The notes: generated from the sequence alone by a model not told the origin. Counted from the first letter of the stretch, positions 43,879 through 55,694 are shown. The stretch: 64,000 nt of DNA from an uncultured Nitrososphaerota archaeon (GCA_963718895.1 CAVRAG010000008.1:1536001-1600000), one strand, 5' to 3'. Numbers and translations are program-made.

Positions 43879-44817
43879 TTGAGCCCCGGTCGCACGAGCG
43901 CAGACAGAGCGGCAGCTTCGAGAAAGCGAAGGGGAACGAAGACCAGTGCCTTCGGCTCGCCGGGAAGGATCAGCCATGAGTCGGCGGCCTTCTACGGGGG
44001 CAGGCTCTACGAGGGCCTCCAAAGAGAGGAAATTGTGGAATACAGGGAGAGGCCGATCAGCGAGAAGTTCCTGGACAAAATCATCTGCAGGTCGAGTGAG
44101 AGGATGGAGGAGATCCCGGAGAGCAGCGTCCACCTGGTGGTCACCTCGCCTCCGTACAACGTCGGGAAGGAATATGACAGGAATCTGACTCTCAAGGAAT
44201 ACCTCGGCTTCCTGGAGAGGGTCTGGCTGGAGGTCAAGAGGGTGCTCGTACCGGGAGGGAGGTGCTGCATCAACGTGGCCAACCTCGGACGGAGGCCGTA
44301 CATCCCGCTCCACTCGTTCATAATCGAAGACATGACGACGCTGGGCTTCTTGATGAGGGGAGAGGTGATATGGGCCAAGGACTCGAGCAGCAGCCCTTCG
44401 ACGGCGTGGGGAAGCTGGCTCTCCGCGACCAATCCCACGCTGCGTGACACCCACGAGTACATCCTCGTCTTCTCCAAGTCTCGCTTCGCGAGGGAGGGTC
44501 AAGGCAAGAAGAGCACCATCACCAGGGACGAGTTCCTCGAGTTCACCAAGAGCGTTTGGAGGTTCGACGCGGAGCGCGCCCGCAAGGTAGGGCATCCTGC
44601 TCCCTTCCCGGTAGAGCTGCCGTACCGGTGCATACAGCTGTACACCTTTGAGGGGGATGTGGTGCTCGACCCATTCATGGGATCAGGTCAGACGGCCATA
44701 GCAGCCCTGAAGACCGGCCGGCACTACGTCGGATATGAGGTGGACCGGGACTACGCCCGCCTCAGCGAGCAGAGAATCAGCGATTTCGCTGGGCGTGCGG
44801 CAGATGGGACGGCCTAG
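43879..44817 (+). CDS. N4-cytosine/N6-adenine DNA methyltransferase (beta class)
   Basis: TSPPY precedes HPAPFP and VLDPFMGSG. Confidence 0.9.
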   Translation: MSPGRTSADRAAASRKRRGTKTSAFGSPGRISHESAAFYGGRLYEGLQREEIVEYRERPISEKFLDKIICRSSERMEEIPESSVHLVVTSPPYNVGKEYDRNLTLKEYLGFLERVWLEVKRVLVPGGRCCINVANLGRRPYIPLHSFIIEDMTTLGFLMRGEVIWAKDSSSSPSTAWGSWLSATNPTLRDTHEYILVFSKSRFAREGQGKKSTITRDEFLEFTKSVWRFDAERARKVGHPAPFPVELPYRCIQLYTFEGDVVLDPFMGSGQTAIAALKTGRHYVGYEVDRDYARLSEQRISDFAGRAADGTA

Positions 44818-45128
44818 TACTCGGATGCCACGACGGGCTTGGCGACGACCTCGGCAAGGAACTTCTCCAGGTCCTGCAGAGTTTCGAACTCCTTGGCGAG
44901 GAGCCGCTTGTCTGGAATGCTCTCCTTGCCGGCGCGCTTCATGCTGCAGAGGACGGATGTGAACCCCTTCGCAGACCTTGTGACGAAGACGTAGCACTTC
45001 CTTGCCTTGTACTTTCCGACGGCCCGGATGCCGGCGTCCAGGTCGATGGTGTCCAGCTCGTCCATCAGCTGGGAGAACGAACTGATCTTCTTCTCGTATA
45101 ACAACGACCTCACCATAGATTGACTCAC
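44814..45128 (-). CDS. Hypothetical protein
   Basis: 104-aa ORF with native-like codon usage. Confidence 0.55.
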   Translation of the reverse strand: MSQSMVRSLLYEKKISSFSQLMDELDTIDLDAGIRAVGKYKARKCYVFVTRSAKGFTSVLCSMKRAGKESIPDKRLLAKEFETLQDLEKFLAEVVAKPVVASEY

Positions 45129-45169
45129 ATTTATACTTCCAAAAACTAAGATACAGTAAGGAAGAACCC

Positions 45170-46382
<1,213 letters not shown>

Positions 46383-46399
<17 letters not shown>

Positions 46400-47153
46400 G
46401 ACGGCGTACGAGCTCAACGAGGTATCTTGGTGGTCCAACTGGACCAAGGCGCGATGGCTGAGCCGGAACGCCTATGTCTTGTTCTCGCAAGAATTCGATG
46501 AGTATTTCTTCAACCGCGGAGGGTTCCTGAAGATCACTCCCGACTCGAACAAGTCCATCGAGCCCATGGAGAAGGAGTTCGAGGCTCGGAAGCGAAGGCC
46601 GCACCTCCTCCTCCAGAGCGACCAGCTAGATTCGAAGCTGCTGTCCGCTCTCGCGAAGAGAGGGTACAGGATTGCAGACCAGATGGCGGTCATGGAGATG
46701 GACGAGCCGTCCTTCAAGGTGAATCCGGACTTGAAGATAGAGGAGGAGGTCGAAGGGGGGAAACTGGAGAGTTGGGCCAGCATCTACCTCGACTCGTTCT
46801 ACGGAGAGACGAGCCAAATGAAGGCCGTCACTGCCATCCTCCAGAGGCTCTCGGGAGCCAACGAAGCGAGCCTCTTGATTGGGACAATCAAGGGCGAACC
46901 CGCTGGAGTGACAGCGCTCTTCAAGACGGGGAAGGTGTGTGGTGCCTATTGCGTCGCGACGCAACACGAGTGGAGGGGCAGGCACGTGGCCAGTACGATG
47001 CTCGATTTCTCCTACAGGGTGGCGGTCGAGGAAGGGAGGAAGCTCATCCTCCAGACGATTCTCTCCGACTCCCTGGAGGTGCTGTACACGAAGCTGGGGT
47101 TCAAGAGAGCCTACCTCAAAGACCTCTTCGTGAAAGACGCAGGAGGGTCCTGA
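46383..47153 (+). CDS. GNAT acetyltransferase
   Basis: VAT..EWRGRHVAS...LYTKLGF. Confidence 0.8.
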
Positions 47154-47154
47154 G

Positions 47155-47676
47155 ATGAAGGGCCAAAGAAGGAAGGAGGCCGCTTCTGGCCACAGCATCA
47201 ACAGGACGGCGACGACAGGGTCGCTCGCCTTCGTCGATGTCTTCGTGGGTTTCGAGACCGTTGAGGCCGTAAGGTCGATATTTCAGGACCGAACCGAGGA
47301 GGTCCTCACGGACCTGATGGTCGACATCCTCCCGCGAGCAGGATATCTGCGGGTCGACGATGAAACGGGCAACATCGTCGTGAGCTCTGAGTACTTGAGG
47401 ACGGGGGACGAGAGATACCTGTATCTCGATGTGATTCACGAGCTTGTCCACATCAGGCAGTTCATGGAGGGCAAGGAGCTCTTCGACAGGAGGTTCAGCT
47501 ACGTGGACCGGCCGACAGAGATAGAGGCGTACGCAGCCTCCGTAAAGGAGGCTATGAGAATCGGAATGAGAGAGGAGGAGATACTAGACTATCTCAAGGT
47601 TGAGTGGGTCACAGAGGAGGAGTTCCAGAGGCTCCTGCTCGCCGTGGGCTTCAAGACGAGTAAAGAGGGGCACTAG
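47155..47676 (+). CDS. HExxH metalloprotease-like protein
   Basis: IHELVHIRQ...EIEAY. Confidence 0.65.
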   Translation: MKGQRRKEAASGHSINRTATTGSLAFVDVFVGFETVEAVRSIFQDRTEEVLTDLMVDILPRAGYLRVDDETGNIVVSSEYLRTGDERYLYLDVIHELVHIRQFMEGKELFDRRFSYVDRPTEIEAYAASVKEAMRIGMREEEILDYLKVEWVTEEEFQRLLLAVGFKTSKEGH

Positions 47677-47744
47677 GCTCGACCCAGGACGAGGTCGACC
47701 ACCAAGATTTATACCGACGGGCCTCTCCCGAATCCAGGCTTCTG

Positions 47745-48065
47745 ATGACCAAGGTAAAGGCGATCTACGTCGTATACGCCAACTGGTGTCCTCATTGCGT
47801 CCCGACCACGGTCGAACCCATGAAGAAGATCGGGCAGGAGCTTGGCGTGCCCGTCCACCTGCTTGACATCGACACTGAAGACGAAAGCAGAGCTGATGAA
47901 CTGGTCAAGAGATACGGCGACTGGACTCCGGACTACCTCATTCCGCAGGTCTTCGTGGAGACGGGTCACGGAGAGGTGAAGCATGTCCTAACAGGCAACC
48001 CTCAGGGCGTGATGTACACTCGGAAAGCGGTCGAGAGCCTCTTGAAGAGTCTCTCCGACAACTAG
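47745..48065 (+). CDS. Thioredoxin-fold protein
   Basis: WCPHC and IPQ cis-proline loop. Confidence 0.8.
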   Translation: MTKVKAIYVVYANWCPHCVPTTVEPMKKIGQELGVPVHLLDIDTEDESRADELVKRYGDWTPDYLIPQVFVETGHGEVKHVLTGNPQGVMYTRKAVESLLKSLSDN

Positions 48066-48144
48066 TTCGCCACCTTACGAGGAGAATCTCAGGCGTCACG
48101 TTAATTATCTCGCTCCGGAGAAACCGAGACAAGAGCACCCATAG

Positions 48145-49515
48145 ATGTACATAAAGAACACCGCCGAACTGATCGAGAACGCCGAGAGCGAGGCCGAGAG
48201 GACGGCCAGACGCGTCTCTCTCGGTGCGGTCGAGGCTGCTCTTGCCACGGTCGAGCCCGGACGCTTGATCCGTTCCAAGCTCAAGATTCTAGGCGGCCAG
48301 CTGGTCGTCCAGGGAGCAAGGTTTGACCTACCAAGGTTCAGACGAATCTTGGTAATCGGGGGTGGTAAGGCTGGCGGTCCGATGGCGAGGGGTCTTGAGT
48401 CTGTGCTCGGAGGCAGAATCACAGCGGGCATCGTCAACCTACCAGATTCCCAGCCGCTCGATGGAGGCAGATCGAGGACGATCAAACTCCATCATGCTAC
48501 CCACCCACTTCCCAGCAAGGCCGGCACGGATGGGGTCGAACTGATGCTCGACCTCGTGGGGACGCCGACCGCTGACGATCTAGTAATCTGCCTGATATCT
48601 GGAGGGGGATCGTCGCTCCTCCCGATGCCAAGAGAGGGGGTATCGCTTGCCGACAAGGTCGAAGTCACCAGAACCCTGCTGCGAGCCGGGGCTACCATAC
48701 AGGAGCTCAACGTCGTCAGGAAGCACCTATCGGCACTGAAGGGAGGATGGCTCGCGGAGAGGCTCTATCCTTCAGTCGTTCTCTCACTAGTGATTTCTGA
48801 TGTGGTTGGAAATAGACTGGACTCGATAGCATCGGGTCCGCTCTACCCCGACTCCTCCACTTTTCTCGATGCTATCCACGTTTTGGAGAGGTACAACGTC
48901 TGGGAGGGAATCCCCCGCAGCGCGTCGACCCTGCTTAGGAAGGGTGTCGATGGCAAGATCCCTGAGACCCCGAAGCCGGGTTCGAGATTCTTCAGGAATG
49001 TCTCGAACCTCGTAATAGGCAGCAACGACGACGCCAGCAACGCGGCCGAGAGCTATCTGCGGTCGAGGGGTCAGAGACCGAGGTTGCTGACCACGAGCTT
49101 GGAGGGTGAGGCGAGATTCGCTGGGATGTTCCTGGGTTCCGTGCTCCTTTACGCGACCACCAAGCGGAGGCCCTCGAGCTACGTCGTTGGCGGAGAGACG
49201 ACTGTAACGGTCAGGGGGGATGGTAGGGGCGGGAGGAATCAGGAGTTTGCCCTGGGTGCCGCGATGAAAACCGATGGAAACCTTGGAGTTGCGATGGTCG
49301 CTCTCGGAACTGATGGTGTGGACGGTTCCACCGATGCAGCAGGAGCCGTCATAGATGGTTCCACGATTAGAAGGGCGGAATCCCTCGGGCTCTCTCCGGA
49401 AGAGATTCTGCGTCAAAACGACACGTTCAGGCTCTTCGAGGGTCTCGGCGACCTCGTGAAGACGGGACCTACAGGTACAAACGTCAACGATATTGCTGTT
49501 GCTGCTGTGGTCTAG
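48145..49515 (+). CDS. Glycerate 2-kinase (MOFRL family)
   Basis: GGGKA, LISGGGS, GGETTV, GGRNQE, TGTNVND. Confidence 0.92.
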   Translation: MYIKNTAELIENAESEAERTARRVSLGAVEAALATVEPGRLIRSKLKILGGQLVVQGARFDLPRFRRILVIGGGKAGGPMARGLESVLGGRITAGIVNLPDSQPLDGGRSRTIKLHHATHPLPSKAGTDGVELMLDLVGTPTADDLVICLISGGGSSLLPMPREGVSLADKVEVTRTLLRAGATIQELNVVRKHLSALKGGWLAERLYPSVVLSLVISDVVGNRLDSIASGPLYPDSSTFLDAIHVLERYNVWEGIPRSASTLLRKGVDGKIPETPKPGSRFFRNVSNLVIGSNDDASNAAESYLRSRGQRPRLLTTSLEGEARFAGMFLGSVLLYATTKRRPSSYVVGGETTVTVRGDGRGGRNQEFALGAAMKTDGNLGVAMVALGTDGVDGSTDAAGAVIDGSTIRRAESLGLSPEEILRQNDTFRLFEGLGDLVKTGPTGTNVNDIAVAAVV

Positions 49516-50192
49516 CCCACAGTGGTGCCTACGACATCTCCCTGAATCGCCGAGAACACGTTCTCCGGATTGTTTCCGTTCACGACTATGAGCTTTATCC
49601 TGTTGTTCGCTATCCTCTCGACTGCCACAGGGTCGATTATGCTGTGGATCCCGGGGGTGTGATTCCCCCCGAGTATCGCAACGAGCATGGGATAGGAGAC
49701 CTTTGGCAGCAATTGGGCCCTCTTGTGCACGTGTGGATCGGCCGTGTAGATTCCCTCCTGGTTGGAGGCTTTGACCATGAGGTCAGACCGCCAAGCCTCC
49801 GCGACGAGCGTCGCCACGGTATCAGTCGTAATCCCAGGCCTCAGACCTCCCATCACGACCACTCCGTCCCTGGTGACCCTCGAGAGCGCCGTGCCTATCG
49901 TTGTCGGCACTTCCGGGAACCCGAGCTTCATCCCGACAAGCCTGGCGTTCAGTCTTGAGGCCTGTATGGCGACCAAATCCTGTTCTCTGTGCCCCAGGCC
50001 CAACTTCTTGGCTGCTTCGATGTACTGCCTCGCAACCAATCCTCCCCCCACCACGATGGTGACCTTGTGCCCCCTCTTCAGGACCTTCTCGATTATCGTC
50101 GCGTAGCTCGCCATCACCTCTCCGTCAGGCGGTGAACCGAGTATCGAGCCACCTATCCTGAGTACTATCTTCAATCCGGCGCTACGAGCCAT
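49512..50192 (-). CDS. pyrH: Uridylate kinase
   Basis: IGGS, VVGGG, PGITTD, GIYTADP. Confidence 0.9.
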   Translation of the reverse strand: MARSAGLKIVLRIGGSILGSPPDGEVMASYATIIEKVLKRGHKVTIVVGGGLVARQYIEAAKKLGLGHREQDLVAIQASRLNARLVGMKLGFPEVPTTIGTALSRVTRDGVVVMGGLRPGITTDTVATLVAEAWRSDLMVKASNQEGIYTADPHVHKRAQLLPKVSYPMLVAILGGNHTPGIHSIIDPVAVERIANNRIKLIVVNGNNPENVFSAIQGDVVGTTVG

Positions 50193-50317
50193 ATCGTCGG
50201 TTATTCAACATAATCATAGATTTTATAAAGCACTGCTCGACCGAACTCTCGTCTGTGTTGTGCATCTGCACCGTCCCTGATGCTGATTCTCTGAGCTGAC
50301 GCTAGAGGTTATCATAT

Positions 50318-51565
50318 TTGCTTAGCAAAGCTGACTCAGTTAGACTTTACAAGATTAGAAAGGTCATCTCCGAGCTCTCGAGCAAGGAGGGTAGGGGGAC
50401 CGAGCTCGTCTCGCTGTACATACCTCCGAAGAAGCCTCTTCACGAGGTCATCGCGTACCTAAGGAACGAGTGGGGCACGGCCGGCAACATAAAGTCCGAC
50501 ACGACCAGGAACCATGTTCAGGATGCGCTGACGAAGACGATGCAGCGCCTCAAACTCTACAGGGAGACACCGGAGACAGGGCTGGTGATATTCTCAGGGG
50601 CTCTGCCGACGAACGGGCCAGGCAGCGAAGTGATACGTATGAACGAGGTGGTCCCACCGAAGCCTGTCAACACCTTCCTGTACACCTGCGATGATCACTT
50701 CCATGTAGAGTTCCTGAAGGACATGCTCAAGGCGGAGAAGGTCTACGGTATTCTCTCGCTCGACTCGAACGAAGTGGGCATAGGAATCCTGTCCGGTGAC
50801 AGGCTGGACGTTGAAGACCTGATGACCTCCGGCATATCAGGGAAGACGAGGAAAGGAGGCCAGAGCGCGCGGAGGTATGAGAGAGGTCGGGAGATGGAAC
50901 TCATTTACTTCTTCAATAGGGTCTCTGAGCACGTCACCAGGATCTTCATAACGGACCACAACGTCAATGGAGTGATAGTCGGGGGTCCGGGGCCCACCAA
51001 GGACAACTTCCTGAAGGGAGGATACCTTGACTACAGGCTCCAGAAGAACATTATAGACGTCATCGACACGTCCTACTCGGGGAGGGAAGGCATCCGCGAG
51101 ATTGCCGAGAAAGCCGCCGACAAGCTCCAGGACGTGCGGTTCATGGAGGAGAGGAAGCTCGTCCAAAAGTTCCTCGGAGAGATAAACAAGCCGAATGGGC
51201 TGACCGTCTACGGCCTCCCGAAAATCATCGATGCCCTAAACCGGGGGAACATGGAGACTATACTGATTTCCGACGACATCAACATCACCAAGATTCGGAT
51301 GACCTGCAAGAACTGTCAGACCGTGAAGGAGAAGGTCGTCGAGAACCAGAAGAAGATGCAGACGATGCAGGAGATGCTCAGCGAGCCCTGCACTAAGTGT
51401 GGTGCCATCGACTACGAGGTCGACGAGTCCGATGTCGTGGACATGCTTGAGGAGAAGGCAATCCAGATTGGTGCAAAGGTCGAGATGATATCTTCAGGAA
51501 CGGAGGAGGGGGCCATGCTGAAATCTTTCGGAGGGGCCGCAGGGTTCCTCAGGTACAGGCTATAG
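50318..51565 (+). CDS. prf1: Peptide chain release factor aRF1
   Basis: NIKS, YxCxxxF and GGQSARR. Confidence 0.96.
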   Translation: MLSKADSVRLYKIRKVISELSSKEGRGTELVSLYIPPKKPLHEVIAYLRNEWGTAGNIKSDTTRNHVQDALTKTMQRLKLYRETPETGLVIFSGALPTNGPGSEVIRMNEVVPPKPVNTFLYTCDDHFHVEFLKDMLKAEKVYGILSLDSNEVGIGILSGDRLDVEDLMTSGISGKTRKGGQSARRYERGREMELIYFFNRVSEHVTRIFITDHNVNGVIVGGPGPTKDNFLKGGYLDYRLQKNIIDVIDTSYSGREGIREIAEKAADKLQDVRFMEERKLVQKFLGEINKPNGLTVYGLPKIIDALNRGNMETILISDDINITKIRMTCKNCQTVKEKVVENQKKMQTMQEMLSEPCTKCGAIDYEVDESDVVDMLEEKAIQIGAKVEMISSGTEEGAMLKSFGGAAGFLRYRL

Positions 51566-51651
51566 CACTACCCCCATTAAGGGCCTAAATCGCATCGTAG
51601 CGAATACCCATCCTTCAACTATAAGTAGAACGATTTAGGAAATTCGAAGAT

Positions 51652-52869
51652 ATGCCGATCCGGATCGGAATCATCGGAAAGACCAATGCGGGTAAGACCA
51701 CCCTGTTCAACTCCATGACGCTTCAGGCCGCCGAGGTCTCCAACTACCCGTTCACGACCAAGTCCCCGAACACCGGGGTAGCCCAGGTGGTGACGCTGTG
51801 CGTCCACAAGGAGTTTGGTGTGCAGGACAATCCGAAGAACTCCAAGTGCGATGAGGGATGGAGATTCATCCCCATAGAGGTGACAGACCTCCCAGGCCTG
51901 ATCAAGGGGGCCTACCTTGGGAAGGGGCTTGGAAACCAGTTCCTTTCGGTGGCAGCCCAGTCTGACGCCCTTCTCCATGTAGTCGACGCGTCGGGAAGCG
52001 TCGACAAGGAAGGAAGGGTGACGGAGACGGGCGTCGGTGACCCCATCGCGGACTTCGCTGACGTCGAGCTGGAGCTCGTGCTCTGGTATACGAAGATGTT
52101 CTCGAGCAACATGGGGAAGATAGCCAAGGCTGCGAAGCTGCCTGGAGGAGACATCGGCACCGCGGTCGCCGACGTCATGCAGGGGATCGGCGTGAAGAAG
52201 GAGCACGTGAACTTCGCCCTCAAAGAAGCCCTCCTGGAAGGAAAGGACATTGAGAGCTGGACCGAGAAGGAGACCCAGAACTTCTGCTGGATACTCCGGG
52301 ATGTCTCGAAGCCGACCCTCATCATAGCGAACAAGATGGACCTGCCCAACGCTGCGGAGAACTTCAAGAAGCTGAGGGAGCACTACAAGGATTTCATAGT
52401 GGTGCCAACCAGCGGGGAGGCCGAGCTCTCTCTGAGAAGAGCGGAGTCGAAGGGTTACATCAAGTATGTGCCGGGAGAAGAGCGCTTCGACATCATAAAG
52501 CCACAGGAGCTGACCGTCACTCAGCAGACCGCTCTAGCCTACATCAGGAGAAAGGTCTTCGGAGAGTACTTGAGGACTGGGGTCCAGTTCGCCCTAAGCA
52601 TAGCAATATTCAAGCTGCTGAAGATGAATGCCATCTATCCGGTGGCAGACCCGGAGAAGCTGACCGACAAGAGCGGGCACGTCCTGCCCGACGTCTACCT
52701 GCTCCCGGCTGGGTCCACCCTCGACGACCTCGCGAGGACGGTCCACACCGACCTTCACAAGGGTCTCCTCTACGCGGTCGATGTCAGGACAGGAATCCAT
52801 CTTCCGACAGACTACGTCCTAAGGGATAGGGACGTGCTCTCGATCGTCTCGACGGCGAGAAGGGGCTAG
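51652..52869 (+). CDS. ychF: YchF/Obg-family GTPase with TGS domain
   Basis: GKTNAGKTT, YPFTT, DLPGL, NKMD, VHTDL. Confidence 0.9.
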   Translation: MPIRIGIIGKTNAGKTTLFNSMTLQAAEVSNYPFTTKSPNTGVAQVVTLCVHKEFGVQDNPKNSKCDEGWRFIPIEVTDLPGLIKGAYLGKGLGNQFLSVAAQSDALLHVVDASGSVDKEGRVTETGVGDPIADFADVELELVLWYTKMFSSNMGKIAKAAKLPGGDIGTAVADVMQGIGVKKEHVNFALKEALLEGKDIESWTEKETQNFCWILRDVSKPTLIIANKMDLPNAAENFKKLREHYKDFIVVPTSGEAELSLRRAESKGYIKYVPGEERFDIIKPQELTVTQQTALAYIRRKVFGEYLRTGVQFALSIAIFKLLKMNAIYPVADPEKLTDKSGHVLPDVYLLPAGSTLDDLARTVHTDLHKGLLYAVDVRTGIHLPTDYVLRDRDVLSIVSTARRG

Positions 52870-52952
52870 ACTGGAGGACGTCCTGCTCGGACTCGCCGCG
52901 TCCGGGCGAGGGCAGGAACTCTTATTAGCAAAAATCCCAGATTTCAGGTCGT

Positions 52953-53924
52953 TTGTCCCGGGAAGAGCCCTCCCTTTCGCAGCTCATGGTCAGGTACCCT
53001 TTTACTCCCTTCTCAAGGAGGTTCTTCGACAAGCTCTCGATAGAGGAGAGCTTCTCCAGCTCTGAGGTGCTGAGACAGGCCGAGAACCGTCTCCTGAGTT
53101 CCATTGGTCGGGTGAGGTACGAGCCGCACATGTCGGAGCTTATCGAGTTCTCGAGCTTCTTCGTCGCCGCGCTGGTCGCGAGTCAGGAGCTCTATCTGGG
53201 GCAGAACTTCGCCCGCACAGAGAGCGACTCTGCGAAGAGGCTATTCATCCGGGAGAAGCCCCTGGAGAAGCAGGTCATCCTGAACGACTGCTTCGACGTC
53301 AAGCTCACGCGCCTGGGTTCCGAGACCGCGGGATACGAATACAGTATGCGCGTGGAAGATTATCTGAGGGCGACCACACGCTTCGAACTGAAATCACAGT
53401 TCTGGAGACTGGTCAACCGTCCGCTGGCCAAGGGGGTAGTCTACCTTGCGGAGAATGGCGTCAATGACCTCTTTGGAGACCTGTCAGAGAAGATGATCTA
53501 TGGCGGCGTGAAGAACCTTCGAAAGGTCCCATTCCCGAAGCAGCTGTCTCAGGTACGCGAGGCGCTGCTCCCCTTCCTCCCGCCGCCCGCGGTCAAGTCG
53601 ACCCGCGGCTATCTGTACGTGGAAGACCTGCTGAGTCACCCCGTCTCCGACGGAAGACACAGGCTGACATGGTTGGTTCTGGCACCCTACCTCGTCAACG
53701 TCAAGAACCTCGAGGAAGAGCAGGCCGTGGAGAAGATTCGGGCCTTCGTGGCCGCCAAAGGAGAGACTAGCTCCATGAAGCGGTTCATCGAGTACAACGT
53801 GAAGAGGGCCAAGAGAAACGGATTGATGCCCCCGACCTTGGGCAAGCTCAAGGCCGAGCATCCGGACATCTACGCTCTCCTGCCGAAGGACATGACTCAG
53901 AGATACAGGTCCGGCGGCAGCTGA
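52953..53924 (+). CDS. priL: DNA primase large subunit N-domain with a PriX-like C-terminal domain
   Basis: RYPF and WRLVNRPLAKGVVYL match PriL; DGRHRLTWLVLAPYLVNVK...GLMPPTLGKLK is PriX-like; no Fe-S cysteine set. Confidence 0.75.
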   Translation: MSREEPSLSQLMVRYPFTPFSRRFFDKLSIEESFSSSEVLRQAENRLLSSIGRVRYEPHMSELIEFSSFFVAALVASQELYLGQNFARTESDSAKRLFIREKPLEKQVILNDCFDVKLTRLGSETAGYEYSMRVEDYLRATTRFELKSQFWRLVNRPLAKGVVYLAENGVNDLFGDLSEKMIYGGVKNLRKVPFPKQLSQVREALLPFLPPPAVKSTRGYLYVEDLLSHPVSDGRHRLTWLVLAPYLVNVKNLEEEQAVEKIRAFVAAKGETSSMKRFIEYNVKRAKRNGLMPPTLGKLKAEHPDIYALLPKDMTQRYRSGGS

Positions 53925-53985
53925 GAGGACCGTGAGCCGTTCAGGTTTATAATCACCCTGTAATCGAGACGTCTCTGGCGGGTGA

Positions 53986-54747
53986 GTGGGCCTCCGACCC
54001 GTTCCGCCAGAGCAAACCCCGGTGTTGGAGGAGAGAAAAACGCAAAGACAAGAGAACGAGCTACCGATAGCCGAGATATTCCTCAGTGTGCAGGGCGAAG
54101 GGATCAATGCAGGGACTCCCAGCGTCTTCCTTCGGACCTACTTCTGCAATCTCACGTGCACTTGGTGCGACACCAAGTACACCTGGCTCAACCAGGATGA
54201 ATCCAAGTCCGGCATCGACTACCAGTCGATGACTGTCGACGATGTAATCGAGAAGATCACGGGGTTTGGCTGCAAACACGTTGTCGTGACGGGTGGCGAG
54301 CCACTGCTACATCAGAGAGTCCTGCTCCTGGTCTTGTCCGCTCTCAAGAAGGCGGGCGTCTCGATAGAGGTCGAGACCAACGGTACGCTCGAGCCTAGCG
54401 CCGGGATGCTTGAGGTGGTCGACTGCTTCAATGTCTCTCCGAAGACCTCGAACAGCCTCGTCGATGCGAGACTAAGGGTTCGCCGTGGTCCACTCCAGGT
54501 ATTCGCTGGCTCTCAGAAGGCCTGGTTCAAGTTCGTAACCGCCGACTCTCACGATGTCGATGAAGTAGAAGAATTGATATCCGCATGTGGATTGCCGCGC
54601 GACAGGGTAATGCTGATGCCAGAAGGGGTAGATGCTGACGCTCTTCTCGTCAAGAGCAGATGGCTGGTCGATGTGTGCAAGGAGAGGGGATTCCGTTTCA
54701 CCCCCAGGCTCCAGATACTTCTCTATGGGAACAGGAGGGGCACCTGA
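53986..54747 (+). CDS. queE: 7-carboxy-7-deazaguanine synthase (radical SAM)
   Basis: EIFLSVQGEG, CNLTCTWCDT, TGGEP, ETNG, SPK. Confidence 0.92.
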   Translation: MGLRPVPPEQTPVLEERKTQRQENELPIAEIFLSVQGEGINAGTPSVFLRTYFCNLTCTWCDTKYTWLNQDESKSGIDYQSMTVDDVIEKITGFGCKHVVVTGGEPLLHQRVLLLVLSALKKAGVSIEVETNGTLEPSAGMLEVVDCFNVSPKTSNSLVDARLRVRRGPLQVFAGSQKAWFKFVTADSHDVDEVEELISACGLPRDRVMLMPEGVDADALLVKSRWLVDVCKERGFRFTPRLQILLYGNRRGT

Positions 54748-55583
54748 TGCAGGACCCTGTTCAACCTAGACCGGCAGTTCTCCTGACATCGGGGGGAGTC
54801 GATTCCGTCACCACTGCCTACTACGTCAAGTTCATGCTCAAGGCGCCCAAGATGATTCTTGTCTTCGCCGACTACAAGCAGCGCACCCACGACTATGAGG
54901 AGTTCTGCATCAAGGCGATAGGGAAGGAGCTCGGAGCGCCTGTCAAGTTGATAGATCTGCGCTGGCTGGGCGACCTGAGCACGAGCGTCCTGACCAAGCC
55001 GGGGACGCCCATCGCCGAGACGAAAGAGGAGGATCTCTGGAACGCAAAGAAGGCGGAGGAGCGTATTTTGAAATGGTGGGATGTGGTCCGTAATCTGGAG
55101 CTGGTCACGGTCGGCCTTGCGCACGCCGAGTCCATGGACCTCAGCCAGTACCTATTGACAGGTCAGCGCGAAATCTGGGACGTCTACATCGGGATCAGGA
55201 GGGAGACGCCGGTGGCGATGAAGGACAACACTCCGGAGTTCCTTGAGCTCATGGACAGAGTGGCCCAGCAGTCCACGCACTTCGGTGGCTACCACGTGAT
55301 GGCCCCGCTCATAACGTACGACAAGGACATGGTTGTGAAGCTGGGAGCGGAACTCGGCGTCCCGTGGGAGTACACCTACAGCTGCTATGCAGGCTATGGG
55401 TTCAAGTCGGCTGATGGGGTGGAACTGCCAGTTCATTGTGGAGTATGTTCCAATGACAAGAGGAGGGCCTTGGCGTTTAAGGTGGCGCGTATATACGATC
55501 CCAGCCTCTATGCGAGACCCCCCATTGCCGACGTCCAGTACGAGCAGAAGGAAGGAATCTGGATCCAGAAGCGAAAGGACTAG
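54747..55583 (+). CDS. queC: 7-cyano-7-deazaguanine synthase
   Basis: SGGVDS and TYSCY...HCGVC; ATG at 54747 overlaps the queE stop. Confidence 0.85.
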   Translation: MQDPVQPRPAVLLTSGGVDSVTTAYYVKFMLKAPKMILVFADYKQRTHDYEEFCIKAIGKELGAPVKLIDLRWLGDLSTSVLTKPGTPIAETKEEDLWNAKKAEERILKWWDVVRNLELVTVGLAHAESMDLSQYLLTGQREIWDVYIGIRRETPVAMKDNTPEFLELMDRVAQQSTHFGGYHVMAPLITYDKDMVVKLGAELGVPWEYTYSCYAGYGFKSADGVELPVHCGVCSNDKRRALAFKVARIYDPSLYARPPIADVQYEQKEGIWIQKRKD

Positions 55584-55694
55584 GAAGAGCTGGCAGAACC
55601 CAAGCAGAAGAGCCAAGCAGACTGCGGCTCTCAAAAGATGTTGGCAAAGAGAGGGTCACAGGACCCGTGTCTCTGCATACGCGAAGGCCTGAGG

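Noticed and set aside
50230-50300. Possible C/D box sRNA between pyrH and aRF1 (several CTGA)
   Set aside because: There is no convincing RUGAUGA C box and I could not identify a guide target.
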